The notes beneath the pieces were generated by a model, which was given only the letters and a program-made list of their open reading frames with translations, ran no database searches and was not told the DNA's origin. Position numbers and translations under genes: made by a program. From Cupriavidus necator (GTDB taxonomy: Bacteria > Pseudomonadota > Gammaproteobacteria > Burkholderiales > Burkholderiaceae): a stretch of DNA of 32,000 nt. This document shows positions 1 through 8,081 of this stretch, piece after piece; positions within the stretch are counted from its first letter, which is position 1; each line of letters begins with the position of its first letter. The stretch is taken from NCBI RefSeq assembly GCF_016127575.1, contig NZ_CP066018.1, positions 1 to 32,000 of the forward strand. The letters are read 5' to 3'.

Positions 1-591
1 CTGCGCATCATGGGCCGCCCCAATGTGCCGCTGATCACCGAGCCCACGCTGTTCACCATCCTGCAGCCCGAATGGCTGCCTGACTACGTGCTGCGCCCGC
101 TGGTGCTGCTCGTGGTGGTGGTGGTGGCCAAGGTCGGCCTGGACTGGTTCTTCAGCTCGCAGCTGGGCCTGGCGATGCGCGCCACCGGCGCCAACCCGCG
201 CATGGCCCGCTCGCAGGGCATCCCCACCGGCCGCGCCACGCTGGCCGGCATGGCACTGTCCAATGCGCTGGTGGCACTGGCCGGCGCGCTGTTCGCGCAG
301 ACCCAGGGCGGCTCCGATATCTCCATGGGCATCGGCACCATCGTGATCGGCCTGGCCGCGGTGATCATCGGCGAAACCATCCTGCCGGCACGCCGCCTGA
401 TCTGGACCACGCTGGCCGTGGTGCTGGGCGCCATCCTGTACCGCTTCTTCATCGCGCTGGCGCTGAACAGCGACTTCATCGGCCTCAAGGCGCAGGACCT
501 GAACCTGGTGACCGCCGCGCTGGTGACGATCGCGCTGGTGCTGCCGGCGACCCGCAAGAAGCTGTTCGCCCGCAAGAACGGAGGTGCCTGA
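1..591 (+). CDS. ABC transporter permease, C-terminal part (gene begins upstream of the window)
   Basis: The frame of track ORF 10..591 stays open back to base 1. The protein is strongly hydrophobic and multi-TM. The segment RATGANPRMARSQGIP...GMALSNALVALAGALFAQ is typical of permeases of the uncharacterised COG4120-type ABC importers. Its ATPase gene follows directly. Confidence 0.8.
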   Translation: MRIMGRPNVPLITEPTLFTILQPEWLPDYVLRPLVLLVVVVVAKVGLDWFFSSQLGLAMRATGANPRMARSQGIPTGRATLAGMALSNALVALAGALFAQTQGGSDISMGIGTIVIGLAAVIIGETILPARRLIWTTLAVVLGAILYRFFIALALNSDFIGLKAQDLNLVTAALVTIALVLPATRKKLFARKNGGA

Positions 592-592
592 G

Positions 593-1387
593 ATGCTGCG
601 CGCACAAGACCTGAAACTCACCTTCAACCCGGGCACCCCGATCGAGACCCGCGCCTTGCGCGGCCTCAGCCTGGAGATCCCGAGCGGCCAGTTCGTGGCT
701 GTGATCGGCTCCAACGGCGCCGGCAAATCGACCTTCCTGAACGCGATCAGCGGCGACCAGATGGTCGACTCGGGCCGCATCACCATCGATGACACCGACG
801 TCACGCGCCAGCCCGCATGGGACCGCGCCCACCTGGTGGCCCGCGTGTTCCAGGACCCGATGGCCGGCACCTGCGAGGCGCTGACGATCGAGGAGAACAT
901 GGCCCTGGCCATGGCCCGCGGCAGCCGCCGCGGCTTCCGCCCGGCGCTGAACCGCACCTCGCGCGAGCTGTTCCGCGAGAAGCTGCGCCTGCTCAACCTG
1001 GGCCTGGAAAACCGCCTGACCGACCGCATCGGCCTGCTCTCCGGCGGCCAGCGCCAGGCGGTGAGCCTGCTGATGGCTTCGCTGCAGCCGTCGCGCATCC
1101 TGCTGCTGGACGAGCACACCGCCGCGCTGGACCCGAAGACCGCGGCCTTCGTGCTGGAGCTGACCGCGCGCATCGTCGAGGAGAGCAAGCTGACCACGAT
1201 GATGGTGACGCACAGCATGCGCCAGGCGCTGGACTATGGGCAGCGCACGGTGATGCTGCACCAGGGGCAGGTGGTGCTGGACGTGTCGGGCGACAAGCGC
1301 AAGGGCCTGGATGTGCCGGACCTGCTGAAGATGTTTGAGCAGACGCGGCACGAGCAGCTGGATGATGATGCGCTCTTGCTGGGTTGA
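593..1387 (+). CDS. ABC transporter ATP-binding protein
   Basis: Track ORF 584..1387. Walker A is GSNGAGKST, the ABC signature is LSGGQRQ and Walker B is LLLDEHTAALD. The ATG at 593 lies 8 nt after a GGAGG (580..584), so it is preferred over the GTG at 584. Confidence 0.92.
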   Translation: MLRAQDLKLTFNPGTPIETRALRGLSLEIPSGQFVAVIGSNGAGKSTFLNAISGDQMVDSGRITIDDTDVTRQPAWDRAHLVARVFQDPMAGTCEALTIEENMALAMARGSRRGFRPALNRTSRELFREKLRLLNLGLENRLTDRIGLLSGGQRQAVSLLMASLQPSRILLLDEHTAALDPKTAAFVLELTARIVEESKLTTMMVTHSMRQALDYGQRTVMLHQGQVVLDVSGDKRKGLDVPDLLKMFEQTRHEQLDDDALLLG

Positions 1388-1407
1388 AGACGGCGGGCAA
1401 TGAAGAC

Positions 1408-1432
1408 GGGGAGCCAGGCGGCTCCCCTTTTT
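1408..1432 (+). terminator. Rho-independent terminator after the ABC operon
   Basis: Stem GGGGAGCC (1408..1415), loop AGGC, stem GGCTCCCC (1420..1427), then TTTTT (1428..1432). Confidence 0.75.
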
Positions 1433-1451
1433 CATGCCAGTGCGCGACGCT

Positions 1452-2498
1452 TCAGTCGATAGTGATATGCCGCTGCCGAATCACGCCGGCCCAGCGCGCG
1501 CTTTCCTTCTGGATGGTGGTGGCAAGCTGCTGCGGCGTGCCGCCGGCCGCTTCCATCCCCAGCGTTGCCAGCTTTTCCTTCAGCGTCGCATCAGCCAGCA
1601 CTGCATCAACATGCTGACTGAGCTTGCGCACGATCTCCGCGGGCGTACCGGCCGGGGCCATCAGCGCATACCACGACAACGCCTCGAACTTCGGAAAGCC
1701 CTGTTCGGCGATGGTCGGTACATCGGGCAGCACCGCCGAGCGCTTGGCGCTGGCCACACCCAGCGGGCGCAGCTTGCCGGCCTTGATATAGGGCAGCGCC
1801 GCCGACATCTGCGCGAACATCATCGTCACCTGGCCGCCGACCACATCGGTCATGGCCGGGCTGATGCCCTTGTACGGCACGTGGTTCAGCTTGACATGGG
1901 CATCCAGCTGCAGCAGTTCGCCGGCCAGGTGCGCCTGGCTGCCGGCGCCGGGCGAAGCAAAGCTCAGCTCACCCGGCTTCTGCCCGGCCAGCTTGAGCAG
2001 TTCCGCCAGCGATTTGACTGGCGTGGCCGCATTGACCACCAGCACGTTCTCGGCGGTGGCCAGCATCGCCACCGGCGCCAGATCGGCCGGCTTGTACGGC
2101 AGGTTCGGCATCAGCGTGGGGTTCACCGCGATATTGCCGACCGGCACCAGCGCCAGCGTATAGCCGTCGGGCGCGGCCTTGGCCACCATGTCGACGCCGA
2201 TGGTGCCGGCAGCGCCGGCCTTGTTCTCCACCAGCACGCTCTGGCCGGTGGCCTTGGCGATGCCTTCGCCAACCGCGCGGCCGAGCACATCGGCGGGCCC
2301 GCCGGCGGCGAACGGCACCACGATGCGCACCGGCTTGGCGGGGTACCCAGGCGGCTGGGCCAGCGCGGGTGCGGCAGCGAGCCACGGGGCGCAGGCCGCG
2401 ATGCAGGCAAGCATGCAGCGCATGGCCATGCGTCGAAGGACAGGTTTTACGGCGGGCTTCACGGCAGCTTCCACATCAGGTTTCACAGCGGTCTTCAT
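1452..2498 (-). CDS. Bug/TctC-family tripartite tricarboxylate transporter substrate-binding protein (extracytoplasmic solute receptor)
   Basis: Track ORF 1452..2498. Signal peptide is ...RRMAMRCMLACIAACAPWLAAAPALAQ. The family-typical block is VRIVVPFAAGGPADVLGRAVGEGIAKATGQSVLVENKAGAAGTIG. A GGGGAA SD lies 6 nt before the ATG at 2498; an alternative start is 2429. No tctA/tctB membrane components are nearby. Confidence 0.88.
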   Translation of the reverse strand: MKTAVKPDVEAAVKPAVKPVLRRMAMRCMLACIAACAPWLAAAPALAQPPGYPAKPVRIVVPFAAGGPADVLGRAVGEGIAKATGQSVLVENKAGAAGTIGVDMVAKAAPDGYTLALVPVGNIAVNPTLMPNLPYKPADLAPVAMLATAENVLVVNAATPVKSLAELLKLAGQKPGELSFASPGAGSQAHLAGELLQLDAHVKLNHVPYKGISPAMTDVVGGQVTMMFAQMSAALPYIKAGKLRPLGVASAKRSAVLPDVPTIAEQGFPKFEALSWYALMAPAGTPAEIVRKLSQHVDAVLADATLKEKLATLGMEAAGGTPQQLATTIQKESARWAGVIRQRHITID

Positions 2499-2554
2499 GA
2501 CGGTTTCCCCTATTTGGCAGTGATCAGGCTTGGCTCCCCCACCGCGCCGGCAGT

Positions 2555-3391
2555 CTAGTTATCGTGCTTGGCCGTGCCCGGTCCGGCATCGGTCAGCGCA
2601 AACCCCGCCTGGTCCGCTTCGCGTGCGAGTTCAGGCAGAACGGCATAGTCGGCCGGTTGCACCGGCGCAAAGCGCGCCAGCCCCAGCATGGACAGCAACG
2701 CGGTCCCCGTTGCACCCTCATGCAGCGTCAGCAGCGCGGCACGCACGTACGCGCACTCGTGCGGGTCGGCCTGCGCCGAGGCGACCAGCGGCGGGATCGG
2801 CGCGGCCGGGGTCACCTCCAGCGTTTTCAGCCGGCCCGCGAGCCCGGGTTCGAAGCGGCGCAGCAGGTCCAGCACATAGCTATCGACCACTCCCGCCTCG
2901 GCGTCCCCGCCGATGACCGCGTCAATGACCTCGCGCGGTGTCGGCGTGGGTGCGGCGGCAGGCCGGTACAGCGCACGGGTGCCGGCCGGCGCCAGCCGCA
3001 TCAGGTGATGGCGCGGCGCGTTGTAGCCCGAGTTGGACTCAGGCAGCATGCATGCCAGCCGAGCGCCGAAGGTCTGCGCCAGCGCCTGCACCGGCGCGTC
3101 AGCACGCACGATGAATTCGCTGAAGTAGACCGGGCGCCCGCCGTAGCGCGCCAGCGCCGGCACCGGCGCGGCCAGCAATTGCGGCGTTACCGGCGCGCTG
3201 GCATAGGGATAGCCGCACATGAATACGCAGCCGCAGTCCGGCCGCGCCCACAACGCGTTGACCGGGGCCGGCGCGGGATGTTCGACATACGGCAGGTCCA
3301 CGCCTGCGCGGTCGGCCACGTGCACCAACAGCGCTCGCCACGCCTGCTCCACCGGCGCGCTGACCGAGTACATGCGGGCGTTGGCGATCAT
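2555..3391 (-). CDS. PhnD/SsuA-like periplasmic-binding-fold protein lacking a signal peptide
   Basis: This is the C-terminal 278 aa of track ORF 2555..3628, starting at MIANARMYSVSAPVEQAWRALL. The ATG at 3391..3389 overlaps the upstream gene's TGA (3390..3388) as ATGA. The sequence resembles the phosphonate/phosphite ABC substrate-binding (PhnD-like) family, but no N-terminal hydrophobic leader is visible. Confidence 0.7.
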   Translation of the reverse strand: MIANARMYSVSAPVEQAWRALLVHVADRAGVDLPYVEHPAPAPVNALWARPDCGCVFMCGYPYASAPVTPQLLAAPVPALARYGGRPVYFSEFIVRADAPVQALAQTFGARLACMLPESNSGYNAPRHHLMRLAPAGTRALYRPAAAPTPTPREVIDAVIGGDAEAGVVDSYVLDLLRRFEPGLAGRLKTLEVTPAAPIPPLVASAQADPHECAYVRAALLTLHEGATGTALLSMLGLARFAPVQPADYAVLPELAREADQAGFALTDAGPGTAKHDN

Positions 3392-4389
3392 GCGTAGAGC
3401 AACCTCTGGCCCAGGCCGCGGCTCTCGGCCTTCTTCAGGATGGCGTGGCCCAGCGCGATATCGCTCAGCGACAGGCCGCGGTGCCAGAACAGGTTGGTCT
3501 CGTCGTCGCTCTGGCGGCCCGGCTTGCGCCCGGCGACGATCTCGCCCAGCTCGGCATAGAGCGTCTGTTCCGACAGCTTGCCGGCTTCCACATGCGCGCG
3601 CAGCGAGCCGAACATGCCGCCCTTGCACTGGCCCCAGTCATCCACCACCATCCTGGTCATGATGTCGGTCAGCGACAGCTCGACCGCGCTCATGGTGCCG
3701 TACGGCACGACAAAGGCGCCGGGCTTGATCCACTCGGTCTTCAGCATCGGCGTCGGCCGCTCCAGGCGCGAAGCCTCGATCACGATATCGGCACCGCGCA
3801 CGCACGACTCCCAGTCTTCGGTGACGACGATCTTCTTGCCCAGATCGCGCTCCAGCCTCGCGGCGAAGGCATTGCGGCTTTCGGGGCGGCGCGAGTGCAC
3901 GCGGATCTCGTCGAAGTCGAACAGGCTGTCGAGCAGGCGCACATTCCAGTAGGAGGTGCCGCGCGCGCCGATATGGCCCAGCACCTTGCTGTTGCGGCGC
4001 GCCAGATGCTTGGCGCCGAGCGCGGTCAGCGCGCCGGTGCGGGCATCGGTAATGAAGGTGGCATCGATCATCGCCACCGGCATGCCGGTGCGCGGATCGA
4101 ACAGGTTGAGCATCGCCATTTCCGATGGCAGCCCGAGCTTGTAGTTGTCGACGAAGTCGCCGACGATCTTGACGCCTGCCAGCCCCAGCGGCGCCACATA
4201 GCCGCGCAACACGTTGAAGTGGCCGTTGAAGGCGGGGTCGGGAATCAGGTGCACGCGTGGCTCGATCACGGTCTGGCCGTTGCCCTGCGCCACCAGCGCC
4301 TGCTCGACCGCGTCGAGGATCTCGGCGTCGGTCATTTCCAGGCGCGCGATGTCCTTGCCGTTGATGTAGGTGAGATGGATGTCGCTCAT
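3388..4389 (-). CDS. Ornithine cyclodeaminase / mu-crystallin family protein
   Basis: Track ORF 3388..4500 trimmed to MSDIHLTYINGKDIARLEMTDAEILDAVEQAL (ATG at 4389, AGGAG SD upstream). Family-typical features include the NAD-binding block LGHIGARGTSYWNVRLL. Length is 333 aa. Confidence 0.88.
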   Translation of the reverse strand: MSDIHLTYINGKDIARLEMTDAEILDAVEQALVAQGNGQTVIEPRVHLIPDPAFNGHFNVLRGYVAPLGLAGVKIVGDFVDNYKLGLPSEMAMLNLFDPRTGMPVAMIDATFITDARTGALTALGAKHLARRNSKVLGHIGARGTSYWNVRLLDSLFDFDEIRVHSRRPESRNAFAARLERDLGKKIVVTEDWESCVRGADIVIEASRLERPTPMLKTEWIKPGAFVVPYGTMSAVELSLTDIMTRMVVDDWGQCKGGMFGSLRAHVEAGKLSEQTLYAELGEIVAGRKPGRQSDDETNLFWHRGLSLSDIALGHAILKKAESRGLGQRLLYA

Positions 4390-4497
4390 ACAGTCTCCTG
4401 CCTCCGGGATGGAAAACCCTGCACATCGCTGGTGCGTGCCCTGCGGCGCGCGGCGTGTGTCGATGGAGTTCAGTGTAGGTATGGCGCCATTGACTGT

Positions 4498-4536
4498 CAT
4501 ATGCTTATATGTCCGCCAGCCTTAACATCAGGTTAA
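4498..4536. promoter_or_regulatory. Candidate LysR-type operator dyads in the divergent ocd-like / lysR intergenic region
   Basis: CATAT-GCTT-ATATG lies at 4498..4511. TTAAC-ATCAG-GTTAA lies at 4522..4536, and its inner part TAAC..GTTA is a T-N11-A dyad. Both sit just upstream of the lysR ATG (4541) in the 151-bp divergent spacer. Confidence 0.45.
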
Positions 4537-4540
4537 TGCC

Positions 4541-5428
4541 ATGAAAATGAACCTGCGCCAGATCGAGGTGTTCCGCGCGGTCATGCTGACCGGCTCGATC
4601 AGCGGTGCGTCCAAGCTGCTGTACGTGTCGCAGCCGGCCATCAGCCGGCTGATGTCGCACACCGAGCAACGCCTCGGCCTGGAGTTATTCCGCCGCACCA
4701 AGGGGCGCCTCTACCCTACGCCGGAAGCGCGGCGCCTGCTGGGCGAGGTGAATGCGGTCTACGAAGGGATCGAGCGCGTCAACGAGATCGCCGAGGACCT
4801 CGCGGCCAACCGCACCGGCAGCCTGCGCCTCACATGCAGCCCCAACCTGGGCCAGACCGTGCTGCCGCGCGCCATCGCGAGCTTTCGCGCCGCGCACCCG
4901 GCGGTGCGCGTGGTGGTGCGAACGCAGATCCCCGGCAATATGCTGCGCGCGTTACTGTCGGGACAGGTGGACCTGGCCGTGTCGAACATGCCGCTGGTGC
5001 ACCCCAACCTGGAGGCGCGCCTGCTGGTAAAGAACGCGATCGTGGCACTGGTGCCGGTGGATCACCGGCTGGCCACGCGGACTTGGGTGCGCCCGGCCGA
5101 GCTGGTCGGAGAAGACCTGATCGGCTACGGACCGGACGTCCCGTTCGGATTGCTGGTCCGCGAGATGTTCGGCAGCGAGGGCAACCAGCCCGATATGCGG
5201 GTGCAGGTGGAGCAGGCGCACGTGGCGCGCGCGCTGGCGCAGGCCGGCGCCGGCATCGCGCTGGTCGATGCCATGACCGTGTTCGGCCAGAGCTGGCCCA
5301 ATATCGTTGCGGTGCCGATACGCACCAAGGTCAATGCCTCGGTGCAGATCTTCCATGTGCAGACCGAACCGCTGTCGCGGCTGTCGCTGGAATTCGTGGA
5401 TACGCTGACGGGGATGATGAAGGGCTAG
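4541..5428 (+). CDS. LysR-family transcriptional regulator
   Basis: Track ORF 4541..5428. The N-terminal wHTH is MNLRQIEVFRAVMLTGSISGASKLLYVSQPAISRLMSHTEQRLGLELFRR. It is divergent from the ocd-like operon. The start could instead be the second ATG at 4547. Confidence 0.93.
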   Translation: MKMNLRQIEVFRAVMLTGSISGASKLLYVSQPAISRLMSHTEQRLGLELFRRTKGRLYPTPEARRLLGEVNAVYEGIERVNEIAEDLAANRTGSLRLTCSPNLGQTVLPRAIASFRAAHPAVRVVVRTQIPGNMLRALLSGQVDLAVSNMPLVHPNLEARLLVKNAIVALVPVDHRLATRTWVRPAELVGEDLIGYGPDVPFGLLVREMFGSEGNQPDMRVQVEQAHVARALAQAGAGIALVDAMTVFGQSWPNIVAVPIRTKVNASVQIFHVQTEPLSRLSLEFVDTLTGMMKG

Positions 5429-5446
5429 TGGTTCTTTACTGAAGCC

Positions 5447-5716
5447 TCAGACCGTTGCCGCCTTGTCCAGCCAGCGCGTCAGCTGGTCCGTCACCGCCGA
5501 ACTCGAAAACGAGCAGCTATCCTGCGCGAACACTGCCGACATCTCGAGCCGGCGCAGCAGCTCTTCCATCGCCTGCCCGTAGACCGGCGGCAGCGCCAGC
5601 CCGGTACCGGCTTCGCGCCATGCGCGCACCAGGTCGCCAGCGGGCATCGATCCGGCCAGGTGCTGGTCCAGTGCGGCACGCATGCGCGCCAGTGCTTCGT
5701 TGTTGGCGGCGCTCAT
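5447..5716 (-). CDS. Hypothetical 89-aa protein, third cistron of the lutAB operon
   Basis: This is the tail of track ORF 5447..6451 (MSAANNEALARMRAALDQHL...RWLDKAATV). Its ATG (5716..5714) overlaps the lutB TGA (5715..5713) as ATGA. It is predicted helical and I recognise no family. Confidence 0.55.
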   Translation of the reverse strand: MSAANNEALARMRAALDQHLAGSMPAGDLVRAWREAGTGLALPPVYGQAMEELLRRLEMSAVFAQDSCSFSSSAVTDQLTRWLDKAATV

Positions 5717-7125
5717 AAACGTGCCCTCCTTTCCTTGTACAGTTCGCGGAACGTGCGGCCCGACGGGGCCGGCATGTCGCGGGTTTCGGTCCAGCCCTTG
5801 CCCGCCATCGGCAGGCTGGCAATCAGCTTGTTGCTGCCACCCATGCGGCCCAGCAGCCAGGCGCCGATGCGGGTGGCAAAGGCATACAGCTCCGGGCGTT
5901 TGGCGACGTAGCCCCACGCCTGCAGCGCGAAGCGCTCCTGCCATGGGCGCAGCCCGCGCTCCATCTGCTTCTCGCGCAGCTTGCGCAGCAGGTCCGACAG
6001 CGGGATCGATGCCGGGCACACGCGGTTGCACTCGCCGCACATGGTCGCCGCCTGCGGCAGGTCGATCGCATTGGCCAGGCCGACGTAGCTGGGCGTCAGC
6101 ACGCTGCCCATCGGGCCCGGATAGACCCAGCCATACGCGTGGCCGCCGATCTTCTGGTAGACCGGACAGTGGTTCATGCAGGCGCCGCAGCGGATGCAGC
6201 GCAGCATCTCCTGGAAGTCGCCGCCGATCAGCCCGGTGCGGCCGCCATCGACCAGCACGAAGTACATGTGCTCGGGGCCGTCGCGCTCGCCCTCGGCGCG
6301 CGGGCCGGTCAGCAGCGAGAAGTAGTTCGAGATGGCCTGGCCGGTGGCCGAGCGCGGCAGCAGGCGCATCACCGTGGCCAGGTCTTCCAGCGTCGGCAGC
6401 ACCTTTTCGATGCCGGTCACGGCCACGTGCACGCGCGGCATCACCGTGCACATGCCTTCGTTGCCCTCGTTGGTGACCACCGCCACCGAGCCGGTCTCGG
6501 CAATGATGAAGTTGCCGCCGGTGACGCCCATGTCAGCGCTCAGGAACTCGGGGCGCAGCACTTCGCGCGCCTCGCGCGTCATCTCCGGGATCTCGGTCAG
6601 CCGCGGCTTGTGGTGGACCCTGGCGAACAGGTCGGCGATCTCGTCCTTGTCCTTGTGCACCACCGGCGCAATGATGTGCGACGGCGGTTCCGAGTCGTTG
6701 ATCTGCAGGATGTATTCGCCCAGGTCGGTCTCGATGCTCTGCACGCCCATCTCGCCCAGCACCTGGTTCAGCCGCATTTCCTCGGTCACCATGGACTTGC
6801 TCTTGATGACCTTCTTCACGCCATGCTTCTGCGCGATCTCGGCCACCAGGCGCGCGGCATCGGCAGTGGTCTCGGCAAACAGCACCGTGGCGCCGCGCTT
6901 CGTCGCGTTCTCTTCGAAGGTGGCCAGCCAGACGTCGAGGTTTTCCAGCGCGCGGTCGCGGCGCTCTTTCAGGGCCTCGCGCGTGGCGTCGAAGTCGATA
7001 TCGCGGATCGCGTCGGCGCGGGCCGTGACGAACTTGGTCGAAAGCTTCTTCAGGTTCTGCTGCAGGCGCTGGTCGGCCAGCTTCTGGCCGGCGCGCGCCT
7101 TGAATTCCATGCTGTGGACTTGCAT
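5713..7125 (-). CDS. lutB: Lactate utilization protein B (LutB/YkgF-type iron-sulfur protein with LUD domain)
   Basis: Track ORF 5713..7911 trimmed to MQVHSMEFKARAGQKLADQRLQQNLKK (ATG at 7125), giving 470 aa. The two ferredoxin-type motifs are CIRCGACMNHCP and CGECNRVCP. The N-terminal half has an LUD-like fold. Confidence 0.88.
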   Translation of the reverse strand: MQVHSMEFKARAGQKLADQRLQQNLKKLSTKFVTARADAIRDIDFDATREALKERRDRALENLDVWLATFEENATKRGATVLFAETTADAARLVAEIAQKHGVKKVIKSKSMVTEEMRLNQVLGEMGVQSIETDLGEYILQINDSEPPSHIIAPVVHKDKDEIADLFARVHHKPRLTEIPEMTREAREVLRPEFLSADMGVTGGNFIIAETGSVAVVTNEGNEGMCTVMPRVHVAVTGIEKVLPTLEDLATVMRLLPRSATGQAISNYFSLLTGPRAEGERDGPEHMYFVLVDGGRTGLIGGDFQEMLRCIRCGACMNHCPVYQKIGGHAYGWVYPGPMGSVLTPSYVGLANAIDLPQAATMCGECNRVCPASIPLSDLLRKLREKQMERGLRPWQERFALQAWGYVAKRPELYAFATRIGAWLLGRMGGSNKLIASLPMAGKGWTETRDMPAPSGRTFRELYKERRARL

Positions 7126-7154
7126 CGTGGCGATTCCCCGGATTTCAGCGGATG

Positions 7155-7880
7155 TCAGGCGTCGCCCGCCAGCACCTGGGCGATATGCAGCACGCGCGTG
7201 CTGCTGTCGCCGGTGCGGCGCAGGCGGCCTTCGATATTGAGGATGCAGCCCAGGTCGCCCAGCACCACCGTATCGGCGCCGCTGGCCTTGATGTTGGCGC
7301 ACTTCTCGTCGACGATCGCGGTCGAGATATTGCCGTACTTGACCGAGAAGGTGCCGCCAAAACCGCAGCAGGCTTCGCAATCCTTCATTTCGGTCAGCTG
7401 CACGCCCGGCAGCCGCGACAACAGCTCGCGCGGCTGCTGCTTGACGCCCAGCTCGCGCAGGCCGGAACAGGAATCGTGATAGGTGACATGGCCCGAGAAC
7501 GACGACGGCAGCGTCTGCACCCTGGCCACGTTGACCAGGAAATCCGTCAGCTCGAACACGCGTTCGCGCAGGCGCTCGTAGCGGCCGTTGAGTTCGGGAT
7601 CGTTGTGCAGCAGGTCGCCGTAGTGCTGGCGGATCATGCCGCCGCAGCTGCCCGACGGCACCACGATGTAGTCGAACATCTCGAACTCGCGCAGGAATTT
7701 CTCCGCCAGGTCGCGCGACACCGCGCGCTCGCCCGAGTTGTAGGCCGGCTGGCCGCAGCAGGTCTGCGCCTCGGGCACCATGACCTCGTAGCCGGCGGCT
7801 TCCAGCAGCTTGAGCACCGAAAACCCGATTTCCGGACGCATCAGGTCCACCAGACAGGTGGCGAACAGACCAACTCGCAT
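7155..7880 (-). CDS. lutA: Lactate utilization protein A (LutA/YkgE-type, CCG-domain (Fe-S) oxidoreductase)
   Basis: Track ORF 7155..8003 trimmed to MRVGLFATCLVDLMRPEIG (ATG at 7880, GGAGAA SD). The two Cys-rich CCG motifs are ...TCCGQPAYNSG... and ...EACCGFGGTFSVKY. Length is 241 aa. Confidence 0.9.
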   Translation of the reverse strand: MRVGLFATCLVDLMRPEIGFSVLKLLEAAGYEVMVPEAQTCCGQPAYNSGERAVSRDLAEKFLREFEMFDYIVVPSGSCGGMIRQHYGDLLHNDPELNGRYERLRERVFELTDFLVNVARVQTLPSSFSGHVTYHDSCSGLRELGVKQQPRELLSRLPGVQLTEMKDCEACCGFGGTFSVKYGNISTAIVDEKCANIKASGADTVVLGDLGCILNIEGRLRRTGDSSTRVLHIAQVLAGDA

Positions 7881-8036
7881 TGTCGACTTCTCCAGACCCG
7901 AAACCCCGCAATTATGCGCGTTTGCGTCGCGCGTGGCGCACAAACCGTTCAGCAAGGGCGTGAATCCGGTGCAATGCACATCACTTCCGGTGAGCAACAT
8001 CACCAGCCGTTTCTTACGGTAATGTCATTTCACCTA

Positions 8037-8064
8037 TTGAAATTTTCACAATGTGAGATAGAAT
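8037..8064 (+). promoter_or_regulatory. Candidate sigma70 promoter of iclR with a palindrome in the spacer
   Basis: TTGAAA (8037..8042), 16-nt spacer, TAGAAT (8059..8064). The spacer contains the perfect dyad TCACA-A-TGTGA (8046..8056). Confidence 0.5.
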
Positions 8065-8081
8065 CGGGCAGACGCTTAAAA

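Noticed and set aside
5447-5716. The 89-aa ORF interpreted as a truncated lutC pseudogene.
   Set aside because: Only a faint N-terminal resemblance (EALARMRAAL) exists. The convergent lysR gene ends 18 nt away, so no degraded LUD-domain remnant follows. The ATGA coupling and intact frame argue for a functional small cistron, and it is kept as a hypothesis inside the lutAB finding.
5713-7911. Long N-terminal extensions of track ORFs. Examples: 732-aa LutB ORF, 582-aa IclR ORF, 401-aa HDAC ORF, 969-aa PdhA ORF, 586-aa FolD ORF, 233-aa Usp ORF.
   Set aside because: The extensions overlap neighbouring genes or promoter regions, are Arg/Pro/Gly-rich, and lack homology. Internal starts with SD sequences and canonical family N-termini explain the real genes.
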